A DNA stretch of 64,000 nt from Methanobacteriota archaeon (GCA_016845365.1 JAERST010000013.1:44090-108089), one strand, 5' to 3'; positions 17,894-27,015 are shown, counted from the stretch's first letter. Notes: generated from the letters alone by a model not told the origin. A program made the numbers and translations.

Positions 17894-18315
17894 GCGAGAA
17901 TGTCGAAGAAGGCGAATCGGTCGGTGATGGTGAAGAAGCCAAGGATTGGTCCTTCACCTCGCACGTCGGTGCTGATTTGCGCGGCGCGAACCTTGCTGGT
18001 GCGAACCTGCGCCGCGCGGTTTTCGACGGGGCTGACCTTGAGGGCGCCGACCTATCAGGAGCCGATTTGCGCCGCGCTTCCTTCAAGCGAGCCAATCTAA
18101 TGAAAGCCGCTTTCGATGGCGCGGACATGCGCGATGCGAGTTTCATCAAAGCACGCATGAACCTCTCAAATTTCCAATGGTGTAGACTCGACCGCGCTGA
18201 CCTGCGCGGAATTCGCGGTCGCTACGCCATCTGGCGCGAAGCGAATTGGTGGGACGCGATTATGGATGATGACCTTCGCGCCGCCCTAACCAAAAAATGG
18301 CCAAAGAAAGAGTGA
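17890..18315 (+). CDS. pentapeptide repeat protein
   Basis: ADLRG ANLAG ANLRR AVFDG ADLEG ADLSG ADLRR ... repeats. Confidence 0.92.
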   Translation: MSENVEEGESVGDGEEAKDWSFTSHVGADLRGANLAGANLRRAVFDGADLEGADLSGADLRRASFKRANLMKAAFDGADMRDASFIKARMNLSNFQWCRLDRADLRGIRGRYAIWREANWWDAIMDDDLRAALTKKWPKKE

Positions 18316-18341
18316 CTGCACCCCAGTCAAGCAAACTCAAT

Positions 18342-18758
18342 TCATTCTGGCGCCATCTTCGCGAGCCCTTCACGCATCCAGTCTGGTACCGAAACCTTCT
18401 GCTGAATCTCACTCATGTCGACACAAACTGTCACTTGGTCGGCACTCCAACAAAGAGTGCCGTCTTGATTGCGAAATTCGATACGCCAGGTAATCGAAGT
18501 ATTGCCCACGCGAGGGACAGTGATCGTGCAGTGAACGGTATCGCCATAGGCCAGTGGATGGTGAAAATTTGCTTCGGAATGAACCAACGGGAAACCGATT
18601 TGATGTTTCATCAGCACCTCATTGTAATGCATGCCACACGAAAATTCCCACGACTCCTCGTAAAATCGGTGCGCCAAATCCCAAAATCGCGGATAATACA
18701 CGATACGCGCGAGGTCAACCATGGGGAAGTCGACGCGGCGAGTCGAGGTGAATGCCAT
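18342..18758 (-). CDS. acyl-CoA thioesterase (4HBT/YbgC hotdog fold)
   Basis: VDFPMVDLARIVYYPRF, ANFHHPLAYGD, VGNTSI. Start set at ATG 18758. Confidence 0.85.
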   Translation of the reverse strand: MAFTSTRRVDFPMVDLARIVYYPRFWDLAHRFYEESWEFSCGMHYNEVLMKHQIGFPLVHSEANFHHPLAYGDTVHCTITVPRVGNTSITWRIEFRNQDGTLCWSADQVTVCVDMSEIQQKVSVPDWMREGLAKMAPE

Positions 18759-18914
18759 GTCGCCGCGTCGGGGCTCAATCAATTGAACATACAGGTGGGT
18801 TCGCCATCTGGGCTTACTTTCGTTAACAAGCGCCGAGATGGCGGACCTCCCGCACAATCACAGATTGCGCTCAGGTCCACCATTCAGGAATGCATACGCC
18901 TCCAAACGCCTGAA

Positions 18915-18991
18915 TGGCGGACCCACCGCGATTCGAACACGGGTTTGAGGCTCCGCAAGCCCCAGTGATATCCAGGCTACACTATGGGTCC
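18915..18991 (-). tRNA. tRNA-Arg(GCG), CCA encoded
   Basis: GGACCCA/TGGGTCC acceptor stem, anticodon arm GGGGC-TTGCGGA-GCCTC, T loop GTTCGAATC. Confidence 0.93.
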
Positions 18992-19045
18992 AGCGAGCCG
19001 CTCGACCTGTGACTTCGGTTTAATTCCGACGGTCGCTGGATGGGC

Positions 19046-19396
19046 TCAGAGACTGAGCGGAAGAACCGTCTTCCAGCGAGGCTCTGCGAGCTTCTTCGCA
19101 TTGGGGCCGTCGCGCACATTCCTAGTCTTGTGAGTCAGTACACCGTGCATGCCATCGACAGAGAATTTGACACGAAGTTCGACCATTCGATCGCGCTCAG
19201 CAGCATTCATCTGGTCGCCATCCAATTCGATGGTTCCACCAGCATCAGCGCCAGCATTGGTGATGCTCAGTGAATTGCCTTCCATGCTGGCGCGCGGAGC
19301 AAAATCGAAGTCGTTTGGGTCGTTCATGAAAACGTCGACATCGACGATGAGACGGTCTCGAACCGAGGCCTTCTTTATCTCGATAGAGCGCACCAT
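19046..19396 (-). CDS. hypothetical protein
   Basis: 116-aa ATG ORF filling the gap between the PKD gene and the tRNA; no motif recognised. Confidence 0.65.
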   Translation of the reverse strand: MVRSIEIKKASVRDRLIVDVDVFMNDPNDFDFAPRASMEGNSLSITNAGADAGGTIELDGDQMNAAERDRMVELRVKFSVDGMHGVLTHKTRNVRDGPNAKKLAEPRWKTVLPLSL

Positions 19397-19450
19397 CGTA
19401 GCCTTCCACAGGCCGGGAGTTGAAAGGCCTTCTCCATCGGAATTGAGGCT

Positions 19451-20650
19451 CTAGACGCCGACTTCGCTGACCCTTGGAATCAGAATTACGTAATCGATTG
19501 TTAGTGTCCAGTCGTTGCCTGTATCGGGGTCCAGTCCATCGATTGGAATGTCCGGGTCACACTCGTCAGCCGTTACTGTCCAAACCCACTCCCCCTGACC
19601 AAACCTCGCTCCTGCTTCGTTGAGCAAACTCGCTATGAGGCTCTCAGAGGAGTCGGCACTGACGGTGTATCCACTCTCGGGCCACGGATTCATCTCGCCT
19701 CGGTCGATGCGCGCGGTCGCGTTGAGTGTGACATTATCCTGAGCGGTCTGCGCGCTCGTGGTCCAACCTGTCATCGGCACGTTGAGTCTGAGCGTGAAAT
19801 TGTCTTCCGGCCAGTGAATAGGGAGTAGGTCTCGTGCCAGAGTCAACGTCGCATTGACCTGCATGATGCGTGCTCCTTCACCAGGGATATGCTGGTTCAC
19901 CGTGCTCTCCCCTTGCTCGGTGTGCCCATTCCATTCGACGCTGATGTGCTGCTCTTCCCATACTACGTTGAACATGCGCTTGACGACCATCAGACTCCAC
20001 GTCTGAGTGGTCGTCGCGCCATTATCGTCGATGAGGGTCAGCCGGCCTGTTTGATTGCCCGAATCGGCTGAGGAAATTTCGACTGAAGATGCGGTGGAGT
20101 CTGCATCGTTGGCTGGGTCTCCATCGCCATTGCGGTCGAAGGCGAGGTCGAGATCCCAGATGTACTCGACTCCCCCGCCTTCGGGGTCGTACGATGCGCT
20201 GGCATCGATGGTCGCCGTCTCGTTCGTGCGAACGTATCCGGGCATGTCGAGGACGACGATTGGAGGTGAGTTGACGAAGATTCCAATCGAGGCGCGGTCG
20301 CTCTCTCCCTCGTCGTTGAATACCTCGACCTCGACGTCGTGGTTTCCTGATTCGGCGAAGGTGTGGAAGGTGATTCCTGTGCTCGTAGTTCGCTTCTCAC
20401 CTTCGCCAAAATCCCAGACATATTTGTCGATGATCGTAGGTTCGGGAGTACTCGATCCTCGCGCATCGAAGTTGACTGTCTCGCCTACATTGACCGTTGT
20501 GCGGTCCGCGGTGATGTCCGCGATAGGGGTTGTTGAGGCGAGTCCGGTGCAGCCTGCGAGGGGGGTTGCGAGAAGGATGAAGGTGAGCAGGAGGGCGTGA
20601 GTCGCGCGGCCACTTGTCGCTGAGTTGGCAACACTCTCCCCGCTGTCCAT
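19451..20650 (-). CDS. PKD-domain surface (lipo)protein
   Basis: Signal peptide with LAGC, two PKD domains (VNFDARGS..YVWDFGEG; IDASASYDP..YIWDLD) and a DRNGDGD Ca loop. Start set at ATG 20650. Confidence 0.85.
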   Translation of the reverse strand: MDSGESVANSATSGRATHALLLTFILLATPLAGCTGLASTTPIADITADRTTVNVGETVNFDARGSSTPEPTIIDKYVWDFGEGEKRTTSTGITFHTFAESGNHDVEVEVFNDEGESDRASIGIFVNSPPIVVLDMPGYVRTNETATIDASASYDPEGGGVEYIWDLDLAFDRNGDGDPANDADSTASSVEISSADSGNQTGRLTLIDDNGATTTQTWSLMVVKRMFNVVWEEQHISVEWNGHTEQGESTVNQHIPGEGARIMQVNATLTLARDLLPIHWPEDNFTLRLNVPMTGWTTSAQTAQDNVTLNATARIDRGEMNPWPESGYTVSADSSESLIASLLNEAGARFGQGEWVWTVTADECDPDIPIDGLDPDTGNDWTLTIDYVILIPRVSEVGV

Positions 20651-20741
20651 CGAAGACTTGGCGCGAAGGGGCGCAAATAGGCATGACGGGTTCAAGCCCG
20701 CCGCCACAGAAGTTCATGGGGGGCCTCTCGCACGAGCCGCC

Positions 20742-21557
20742 ATGGCCGGGGGGATGCTGTCTGGGTATCGCGTTCTTGGCTTCGATTTGGAGACTACAGG
20801 TCTCAATCCGCGCTCGGATAGAATCGTTCAATTTGCGCTGATTGGCAGCGACGAGGATGGCTCGCACATCAATCACACATCTCTCGTCGACCCGCGACGC
20901 GCGATTCCTCCCGGTTCCACGCGCGTCCACGGAATTACAGATCTTGATGTCAAAGGGGCTGGGCAGTTTTCTGAGCACTTGCCCGAGTTGAGTCGATTGA
21001 TGGATGGGGCGGTTATCGTCGGACACAATGTCACTCGATTCGATTGGAGATTTCTCGAGTTGGAGTGTATTCGCGCGGGATTTGAGGTGCCGGTACCGCG
21101 CGCTATCATCGATACTCTGACCTTGGCGAGCAAGTTGCGAATTCCTGGCCGTCACGCGCTCGGACCACTTTGCGCGCGCTACAATATCAGCATCACTCGC
21201 GCCCACACGGCCGATGCCGATGCGGGCGCGACACTCCTCTTGCTGTGGTCGATGATGCAGAGTCATCCGAATGAGTTCCGCGGTGGCCTCGACGATTTGC
21301 AAGACATGCTCTCAGGCAACCGCGGGGCTAGCGACCGGCTCGGTCCGGGAATGGCTGACCTCGAGCCGGTCGAAGGAACAAATGGCAGGCTGCGGCACTC
21401 TGAGAATGGCGTAGTCCTCGCCTTCGGTAAACACAAGGGACGCACTTTGCAAGAGCTGGAAAGCCTCGACAAGCGCTACTTGGATTGGTTGGCTTCGCCA
21501 TCTTCGCCGATTCCTTCGAAGACGGTATCGGAATTGCTGCGAAGCCAGCGGGAATGA
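20742..21557 (+). CDS. DEDDh 3'-5' exonuclease (DnaQ/ExoX-like) with C-terminal FGKHKG domain
   Basis: FDLETTG, GHNVTRFD, IDTL, AHTADADA, FGKHKGRTL...YLDWL. Confidence 0.9.
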   Translation: MAGGMLSGYRVLGFDLETTGLNPRSDRIVQFALIGSDEDGSHINHTSLVDPRRAIPPGSTRVHGITDLDVKGAGQFSEHLPELSRLMDGAVIVGHNVTRFDWRFLELECIRAGFEVPVPRAIIDTLTLASKLRIPGRHALGPLCARYNISITRAHTADADAGATLLLLWSMMQSHPNEFRGGLDDLQDMLSGNRGASDRLGPGMADLEPVEGTNGRLRHSENGVVLAFGKHKGRTLQELESLDKRYLDWLASPSSPIPSKTVSELLRSQRE

Positions 21558-22768
21558 TCGTGCGCGTGGCCCTCATTCAGCGGTGACCAAGGAAGCACCT
21601 CACACCAATCTCCTAAGTGTGCCACGCGCCCATCCATGCGCGCGCTGCCAAGGAAAATCGCGCCTTCGTGACCCGAGTCAAGCAAATCGGTGAGATGCTG
21701 CAAGGCTTGGTCGCGTAGAACCGCACCAAATTTGTGGTCCGAAGGCGCCAATTCTCCCTCATCTCCGACCGGAGGCATGCGCTGGAAGAGAGCCGCTCCC
21801 GCCTCACGGTCGAAGCGTACGACGCTGACGACCTCATCACGGAACATGTGGCCCGGCGACAGCAGCCCATCGCGTCGAGCCGACCACCAAATTGGGCACC
21901 AAGCCTTCCACTCGCACCAGCCGCATTGCTGGTCGCCAGGTGTTGCCGGTAGAGGCGTGGTCGAAGGTCGCATTCCTTCCCACGCCTCAAGCGCAGCCTC
22001 CAGAACATCCGGCCCATCCGCCTGATGCACAGTCTGATTTGCCGAATACCAACCCTCAGCGACAACCGGTGGGTGGTCCGGATTATTCTGTTTCAGCAGG
22101 TCACGATAGAATCTCAACTGCCTGCTGACCTTCTCATTCAGACTCGGAGATGGAGGCCGGCCGGTCTTCAGGTCGGCGACAATCCAGCCGCGAGATTCAC
22201 CATTTTCATCCAAATCAGCGACAAGCAAGTCGAGGCGACCCATCATCCGGCCACACTCGGAGACGAGAGTCCCCTCGTTAGCCAGAACAATCGACTGAAC
22301 CTCTCTCCATGTACCGACGGTCACCTCGGAGAAATTCTGCACTTCGACATTCGATTTGCTGAATAGGATGTTGAGAGCGCCGATCAAGCCATCGTGGGCT
22401 TTGGTGATTTGTTCGTCCTTCCAGCGGGGGTGACGTGGGGTTCCCAGAAAGTTGTCCTTCTCGATTTGCCAGTGACGGTCGAGCACGGCCTTTGCGGTCG
22501 CGGGAAGCCAGTCGGACTCGTCTTCTTCTCGGCCTTCAAGGTCCAAATTGCAGAGGTCTTCGACAGAGTTGTGGACTGCGTTACCCAGCGCTGCGGGCAT
22601 GCTTGCTTTGCGCGGGAGACCTTGTCGTGAGAGCCAGTATTTGCGTGGGCATTCCTCGTAGCGGTTCCACGAAGATGGCGATAATTGGTGGGCGATGAAT
22701 CCCTCTTGCGATTTCTCGTCAGACGGTTCTTCCTCCTCCGAGGAAACCTCCTCCTCCGCGGTCGACAC
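21476..22768 (-). CDS. PD-(D/E)xK nuclease (Cas4/AddB/RecB-like) with four-Cys Fe-S ligands and a C-terminal extension
   Basis: LSPSSWNRYEECPRKYWL, GNAVH, E..GRLDLL, IVADLKTG, QLRFY, CGWCEWKAWC. Start uncertain (GTG 22768 chosen to avoid overlapping the PAC2 gene). Confidence 0.85.
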   Translation of the reverse strand: MSTAEEEVSSEEEEPSDEKSQEGFIAHQLSPSSWNRYEECPRKYWLSRQGLPRKASMPAALGNAVHNSVEDLCNLDLEGREEDESDWLPATAKAVLDRHWQIEKDNFLGTPRHPRWKDEQITKAHDGLIGALNILFSKSNVEVQNFSEVTVGTWREVQSIVLANEGTLVSECGRMMGRLDLLVADLDENGESRGWIVADLKTGRPPSPSLNEKVSRQLRFYRDLLKQNNPDHPPVVAEGWYSANQTVHQADGPDVLEAALEAWEGMRPSTTPLPATPGDQQCGWCEWKAWCPIWWSARRDGLLSPGHMFRDEVVSVVRFDREAGAALFQRMPPVGDEGELAPSDHKFGAVLRDQALQHLTDLLDSGHEGAIFLGSARMDGRVAHLGDWCEVLPWSPLNEGHAHDHSRWLRSNSDTVFEGIGEDGEANQSK

Positions 22769-22820
22769 GGGCTGTCTGTGGAGGCCAATGATTAACAGTA
22801 TCTCGGTCTGTTCCGCACCG

Positions 22821-23630
22821 ATGAGCGGGGCTCCTGTGGTTGCGGTCGACGAGAGTTTGAACGCTGAAGATGCACTTGTGGTGACTTGTTTTCCGTCGGC
22901 TGGGTTCGTGAGCAGCATCGTTGCGCACTACTTGGTCGACCGTTTGGGGTTGAGCTTCGTCGGCGGTGCCAGAGGCAATGGCCTACCGCCGGTTTGCTTG
23001 GTGCAGGAGGGCAAGCCTCTGCCTCCCCTTCGCTTCTATGCGGGTGAGCCGATTTGCCATATGGATAGGTGCGATAAGGTCGTTTTGATCGCTTCTGAAA
23101 TTCAGGTTGCTGCGGAGCAGTCGCTGCCATTGACCGATGCTATTCTCGATTGGGTCGAGGCTAGTGGCGCGACTCAAATGATGATGATTGATTCCTATTC
23201 TCATGGGCCTGACCAAGCACATTCTATCTTCGATGATGATGATTCGGATGAATCGATGTTGGGGATTGGTTCTACGGATTCTGCTCATGAATCGCTGGGG
23301 AAGATGGGAGTTCCCTTGCTCAAACATGGTGTTGTTGGCGGCATGAGTGGAGTGATGCTCGGTGAATGCCGCCGTCGCCAAATCGATGCGATGGCGATAC
23401 TTGCTGAGTCGGGCGATGATTTGGCGAATGGTGCGATTCCCGATGCTCGTGCGGCGGCTCGGATAATCGAGCGCTTGGATGGGCTCTTGCCTGCGATAAA
23501 ATTGGACCCCGAGCCTTTGTTGGAGGAGGCGAAGCGAATCGAGGAGCAGATTCGCGAGATGATGGCGATTCAACTGAATCAATTGCAGCACGAGCGCTCG
23601 GGCGGCGAGAGTTCGGCGATGTATGGCTGA
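22821..23630 (+). CDS. proteasome assembly chaperone (PAC2 family)
   Basis: FPSAGFVSSIVAHYL, PPLRFY, GVVGGMSGVML, IPDARAAA, LLEEAKRIEE; C-terminal HbYX motif MYG. Confidence 0.87.
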   Translation: MSGAPVVAVDESLNAEDALVVTCFPSAGFVSSIVAHYLVDRLGLSFVGGARGNGLPPVCLVQEGKPLPPLRFYAGEPICHMDRCDKVVLIASEIQVAAEQSLPLTDAILDWVEASGATQMMMIDSYSHGPDQAHSIFDDDDSDESMLGIGSTDSAHESLGKMGVPLLKHGVVGGMSGVMLGECRRRQIDAMAILAESGDDLANGAIPDARAAARIIERLDGLLPAIKLDPEPLLEEAKRIEEQIREMMAIQLNQLQHERSGGESSAMYG

Positions 23631-23666
23631 TTTTGGTCGATTCGCCCTCGTAGGTGTCCTCGTGGG

Positions 23667-25802
23667 TCAGTAATCCCCAAGCGACATTTGTTGAGGGCCG
23701 GTGTCAGCGACGATTTCACCGCTCGGCTCATCTTCTGGGATTGCTTCACCGCCGAGCATCAATTCCAATTCGGCCTCGCTTAGGACGTTGACTGAGAGCC
23801 TATTCGCTTTGTCGAGTTTTGAGCCGGCGGATTCTCCGGCGACGAGGTGGTCGAGTTTGCCGGAGACTGCCGAGACGACTTTTCCGCCCGCGGCCTTGAT
23901 CATTAGCGCGATTTCTTTGCGCGGGCGGGTGAGAGTTCCAGTGATGCAGAATGTTTGGCCGGTGAGCGGTCCATCTTCGGTCTCGACGGCTTCTTCGGGA
24001 GTGATTTCGATTGCTTCCGCCAGCCCTTCGACCATCGATTGGCGCTGGCTGAGTCCTTCGAGGAATGAGCGGGCGACCGTCTCACCGACTCCATCGATTT
24101 TTACCAGTCGAGGAATGGCGGAATCGTGGTCTGATAGTAGTTCGAACATGCTTTCAGTATCGCGAATTTCGCGGGCGAATGCGGTTGCGAGTTCGGGTCC
24201 GATTCCTGGTAATCCGAGGGCTGAAAGGAAGGCTGAGAGTTGTAGCGAGCGCGTTGAATTGAGTTGTTGGATGACGTTTGCTGCGGATTTTTCGCCCATT
24301 CGCTCGAGGCTCACAATGTCCTCGTGACTCAATACGTAAAGGTCGGGCAGGCTCTTCACAAGGCCTTGTTCGCAGAATTGTTCGGCGAGCTTCTCGCCGA
24401 TTCCGTCCAGTTCGAGCGCGCGGCACCAGTATAGGATTGCGCGCTCTAGGCGCGATGGGCAGTCGAGATTTGTGCAGCGGATGAATGCTCCATCCTGCAC
24501 TAATTCGGTGCCGCATCGCGGGCAATCGAGCGGGATTGCTACGGCTTGGCGCAGCGGTAGCGGGTCGCCGAAGGCTGTGCCATCCGCACGGAATCTGTTT
24601 TCGAGGTCCACTGATTTGGCTGGGCCGAGAACCTCGATAATTTTGGGAATCACATCGCCTCGGCGGACGATTCGTACTCTATCACCGATGTTGATTCCTA
24701 GTCTTTCGATTTCTCCGGCGTTGTGGAGAGTTGTGTTCTCTACTGTGACGCCGGAGACTGTTACCGGCGCGACCCGGGCGACGGGGGTTACCGTGCCGGT
24801 TCGGCCGGTCTGCCAATCGACTCCCATCAGAACGGTCGATGCCTCCTCGGGCGGGAATTTCCAAGCCAGTGCCCAGCGGGGATGGTGGGCTGTTTGACCG
24901 AGGAGGTCGCGTTTGGCAAGGTCGTCGAGTTTGATGACGACTCCGTCGATTTCCCAATCTGCTGAGTCGCGGGCGGCGGTCCAGCGGTTCGTTGTAGCGA
25001 GGATTGCGTTGGTGACCGATTCGTCGTCTTGTCCGCTGACGACTTCATTTCCCGCCGCTTCGATGCCGTTGGTGATTAGCCAATCGATCTCTTCGGAGTC
25101 GAAGGTGAATGCGGGGGGCGCTGGGCTGTCGGGATGACGATTGGCCACATCTGGGAACATGACATCGTAGGCGTGGAAGGAGAGGTCGGCTGCGTCACCC
25201 TTTCCGGCATCGGCGCTCTTCTGGCGCAGGCTTCCCGCCGCGAGGTTGCGCGGATTCGGGGCTATCTGGGCATACTTTTCGCGGAAGGTCGCCAAGGGCA
25301 TGACCACCTCACCGCGCACGTGAGCATCGCCTTGCCATGCGAGTTGTGAGGGGATATTCGGGATGCGGCGAGCGTTTGCCGTGACATCTTCTCCACGCTC
25401 GCCATTTCCGCGCGTTGCCGCGCGAACCAATCGGCCCCGGCGATATTCCAATGAGAGGGCCGAACCGTCTAATTTTGGCTGACAAACAAAGCGTCTGCCG
25501 TGGGCGGTGGTTTCGGCAACAAAGTGGGCGACCTCTTCGGTTTCGGTGGCCTTGTCGAGGCTGCGCATTGGGAATAGATGGTCGACTTTTTGTGAGCCGG
25601 GTGCGGGGTCTGAACCGACCTTCGAGAGTTGCGGATGCTCGGGTGCGAGTCGCTTCAATTCGTCGAATAGCGCATCGTATTCGGCATCGATAATCTCGGG
25701 CGTGGCGAGATTGTAATAGAGGTTTGAATGGTGGGCGAGGAGCCCTGCGAGCTCCTCGATTCGGGCGCTGTTCGCCCACTCATCGGTGCCCTCCGGGACC
25801 AT
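23667..25802 (-). CDS. ligA: NAD-dependent DNA ligase
   Basis: YYN...DAEYD, PMRSLDK, KLDG, TRGNGERGEDVT, RGE, NPRNLAAGSLRQ, DGVVIK, GRTG, Zn finger CPRC..C..C, HhH repeats, BRCT. Confidence 0.97.
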   Translation of the reverse strand: MVPEGTDEWANSARIEELAGLLAHHSNLYYNLATPEIIDAEYDALFDELKRLAPEHPQLSKVGSDPAPGSQKVDHLFPMRSLDKATETEEVAHFVAETTAHGRRFVCQPKLDGSALSLEYRRGRLVRAATRGNGERGEDVTANARRIPNIPSQLAWQGDAHVRGEVVMPLATFREKYAQIAPNPRNLAAGSLRQKSADAGKGDAADLSFHAYDVMFPDVANRHPDSPAPPAFTFDSEEIDWLITNGIEAAGNEVVSGQDDESVTNAILATTNRWTAARDSADWEIDGVVIKLDDLAKRDLLGQTAHHPRWALAWKFPPEEASTVLMGVDWQTGRTGTVTPVARVAPVTVSGVTVENTTLHNAGEIERLGINIGDRVRIVRRGDVIPKIIEVLGPAKSVDLENRFRADGTAFGDPLPLRQAVAIPLDCPRCGTELVQDGAFIRCTNLDCPSRLERAILYWCRALELDGIGEKLAEQFCEQGLVKSLPDLYVLSHEDIVSLERMGEKSAANVIQQLNSTRSLQLSAFLSALGLPGIGPELATAFAREIRDTESMFELLSDHDSAIPRLVKIDGVGETVARSFLEGLSQRQSMVEGLAEAIEITPEEAVETEDGPLTGQTFCITGTLTRPRKEIALMIKAAGGKVVSAVSGKLDHLVAGESAGSKLDKANRLSVNVLSEAELELMLGGEAIPEDEPSGEIVADTGPQQMSLGDY

Positions 25803-26050
25803 GTTCTGCGAGCCTCGCCAGACCCCTAAAAGGTGCGTATTTCGAGACGTCTGAAGTCGCCGTCAAGTGCCTATTTTGAGCAAATTGAGCGCGTCCAGCA
25901 ATGAAATTTCAGCAATAATCGGCCGAAGGCCGCTGACTCCGAAGCGGTCGATTTTGAGTCTAAACGAGATTGTATTCAATCAGTCGCGAAGCGACTCTAG
26001 ATGAGTGCAGTCGCGCTCTAGAGAGCGCGACAGCTCGACCGCAAGGAGTA

Positions 26051-26073
26051 ATGGTGGGCCATCCAGGATTTGA
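26051..26073 (-). repeat. direct copy of the tRNA-Pro 3' end (att-like scar)
   Basis: atggtgggccatccaggatttga matches 26233-26255 atggtgggccagccaggatttga at 22 of 23 positions. Confidence 0.75.
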
Positions 26074-26233
26074 CCTTCGAACTGGATTACTGCGAAGATT
26101 ATGTTCGAAGGCGCAGCCAATCTATGATTGGCCAAGCGACCAAGCGACTAGATTCAATTGACTGACATGTCGCGAGGTTCTGTCAGCAATTCTCGGCTGG
26201 CCACCATCGATTGCTATCGCTGATAATCATCGA

Positions 26234-26311
26234 TGGTGGGCCAGCCAGGATTTGAACCTGGGTCGCGCGGCCCCCAGCCGCGAAGTATAGGCCAAGCTAA
26301 CCTACAGGCCC
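26234..26311 (-). tRNA. tRNA-Pro(GGG), CCA encoded
   Basis: GGGCCTG/CTGGCCC acceptor stem (U6-U67 mismatch), anticodon arm CGCGG-CTGGGGG-CCGCG, T arm CCAGG-TTCAAAT-CCTGG. Confidence 0.92.
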
Positions 26312-26367
26312 CTTGTGTGTGGTCTTGCCGTGATTCGATTCTCACAAAGCCTTGACGGCCGGTGGAA

Positions 26368-26574
26368 TCAATCCTCGCGAGCGATGCTGAAAGGCGCAAC
26401 CTCATCGATCAAATCGATGTGGCCGACGTACATCCTTCGGCAGCAATATCGCTCGAGGCCGATGTCGTCGAGTACCTTTTGTGGGTCCTCGCCAGCATCG
26501 ACTGCAGTCTTGAACTGGTCATACAGGTGAGCGACGACTTTGCCGCAGCTCCAACAACGAACTGGAATCAACAT
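26368..26574 (-). CDS. rpoN: RNA polymerase subunit N (Rpo10)
   Basis: MLIPVRCWSCGKVV ... RYCCRRM. Confidence 0.97.
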   Translation of the reverse strand: MLIPVRCWSCGKVVAHLYDQFKTAVDAGEDPQKVLDDIGLERYCCRRMYVGHIDLIDEVAPFSIARED

Positions 26575-26580
26575 CTTGCA

Positions 26581-27015
26581 TCACCTGTACGACTTCTGCC
26601 ACTTCTTGCGAGCGCCGCGGCCCATTTGGTGCTTCGGCTCCTTGCGTCGTGGGTCATTAACCAGCAGGCTTCGGTCAAATCGTAGGTACTCGTCACGGAG
26701 TTCCTCATCAATTCCCTCGGCACCGCCGTTGTAGTGTACGAGACCGCGAGCAATCGCTGTGCGGATTGCGTCTACTTGTCCCATTTGTCCACCGCCCTGA
26801 ACATCGACGACTACGTCGACATCAGCGAGGCGGTTCATCGCCTCAGCGATTTGAACTGGCTCGAGCGCCTTTCGGCGAGCGAGAGCCGGCTCCATGATGT
26901 GAATCGGCTGGTGGTTGATACGCACTCGACCTGCACCCTTGCGCACGGTTGCGCGGGCGATTGCGGTCTTGCGCTTGCCACTCATGTTGACGATCTTCGC
27001 CTTCTTCCTTGCCAT
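26581..27015 (-). CDS. rps9: 30S ribosomal protein S9 (uS9)
   Basis: [30 protein letters not shown]. Confidence 0.97.
   Translation of the reverse strand: MARKKAKIVNMSGKRKTAIARATVRKGAGRVRINHQPIHIMEPALARRKALEPVQIAEAMNRLADVDVVVDVQGGGQMGQVDAIRTAIARGLVHYNGGAEGIDEELRDEYLRFDRSLLVNDPRRKEPKHQMGRGARKKWQKSYR

Noticed and set aside
18297-18968. 223-aa plus-strand ORF
   Set aside because: Antisense to the thioesterase and runs into tRNA-Arg; shadow ORF.
20397-21302. Long antisense or alternate-frame ORFs (also 14734-15474, 15738-16322, 23701-24327, 39982-40626, 63304-63822)
   Set aside because: They overlap motif-supported genes and have Ser/Arg/Pro-rich composition typical of shadow frames in GC-rich DNA.
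26051-26232. Second complete or intron-containing tRNA-Pro
   Set aside because: Only the T loop to CCA part is present; I find no matching 5' half, anticodon arm or bulge-helix-bulge.
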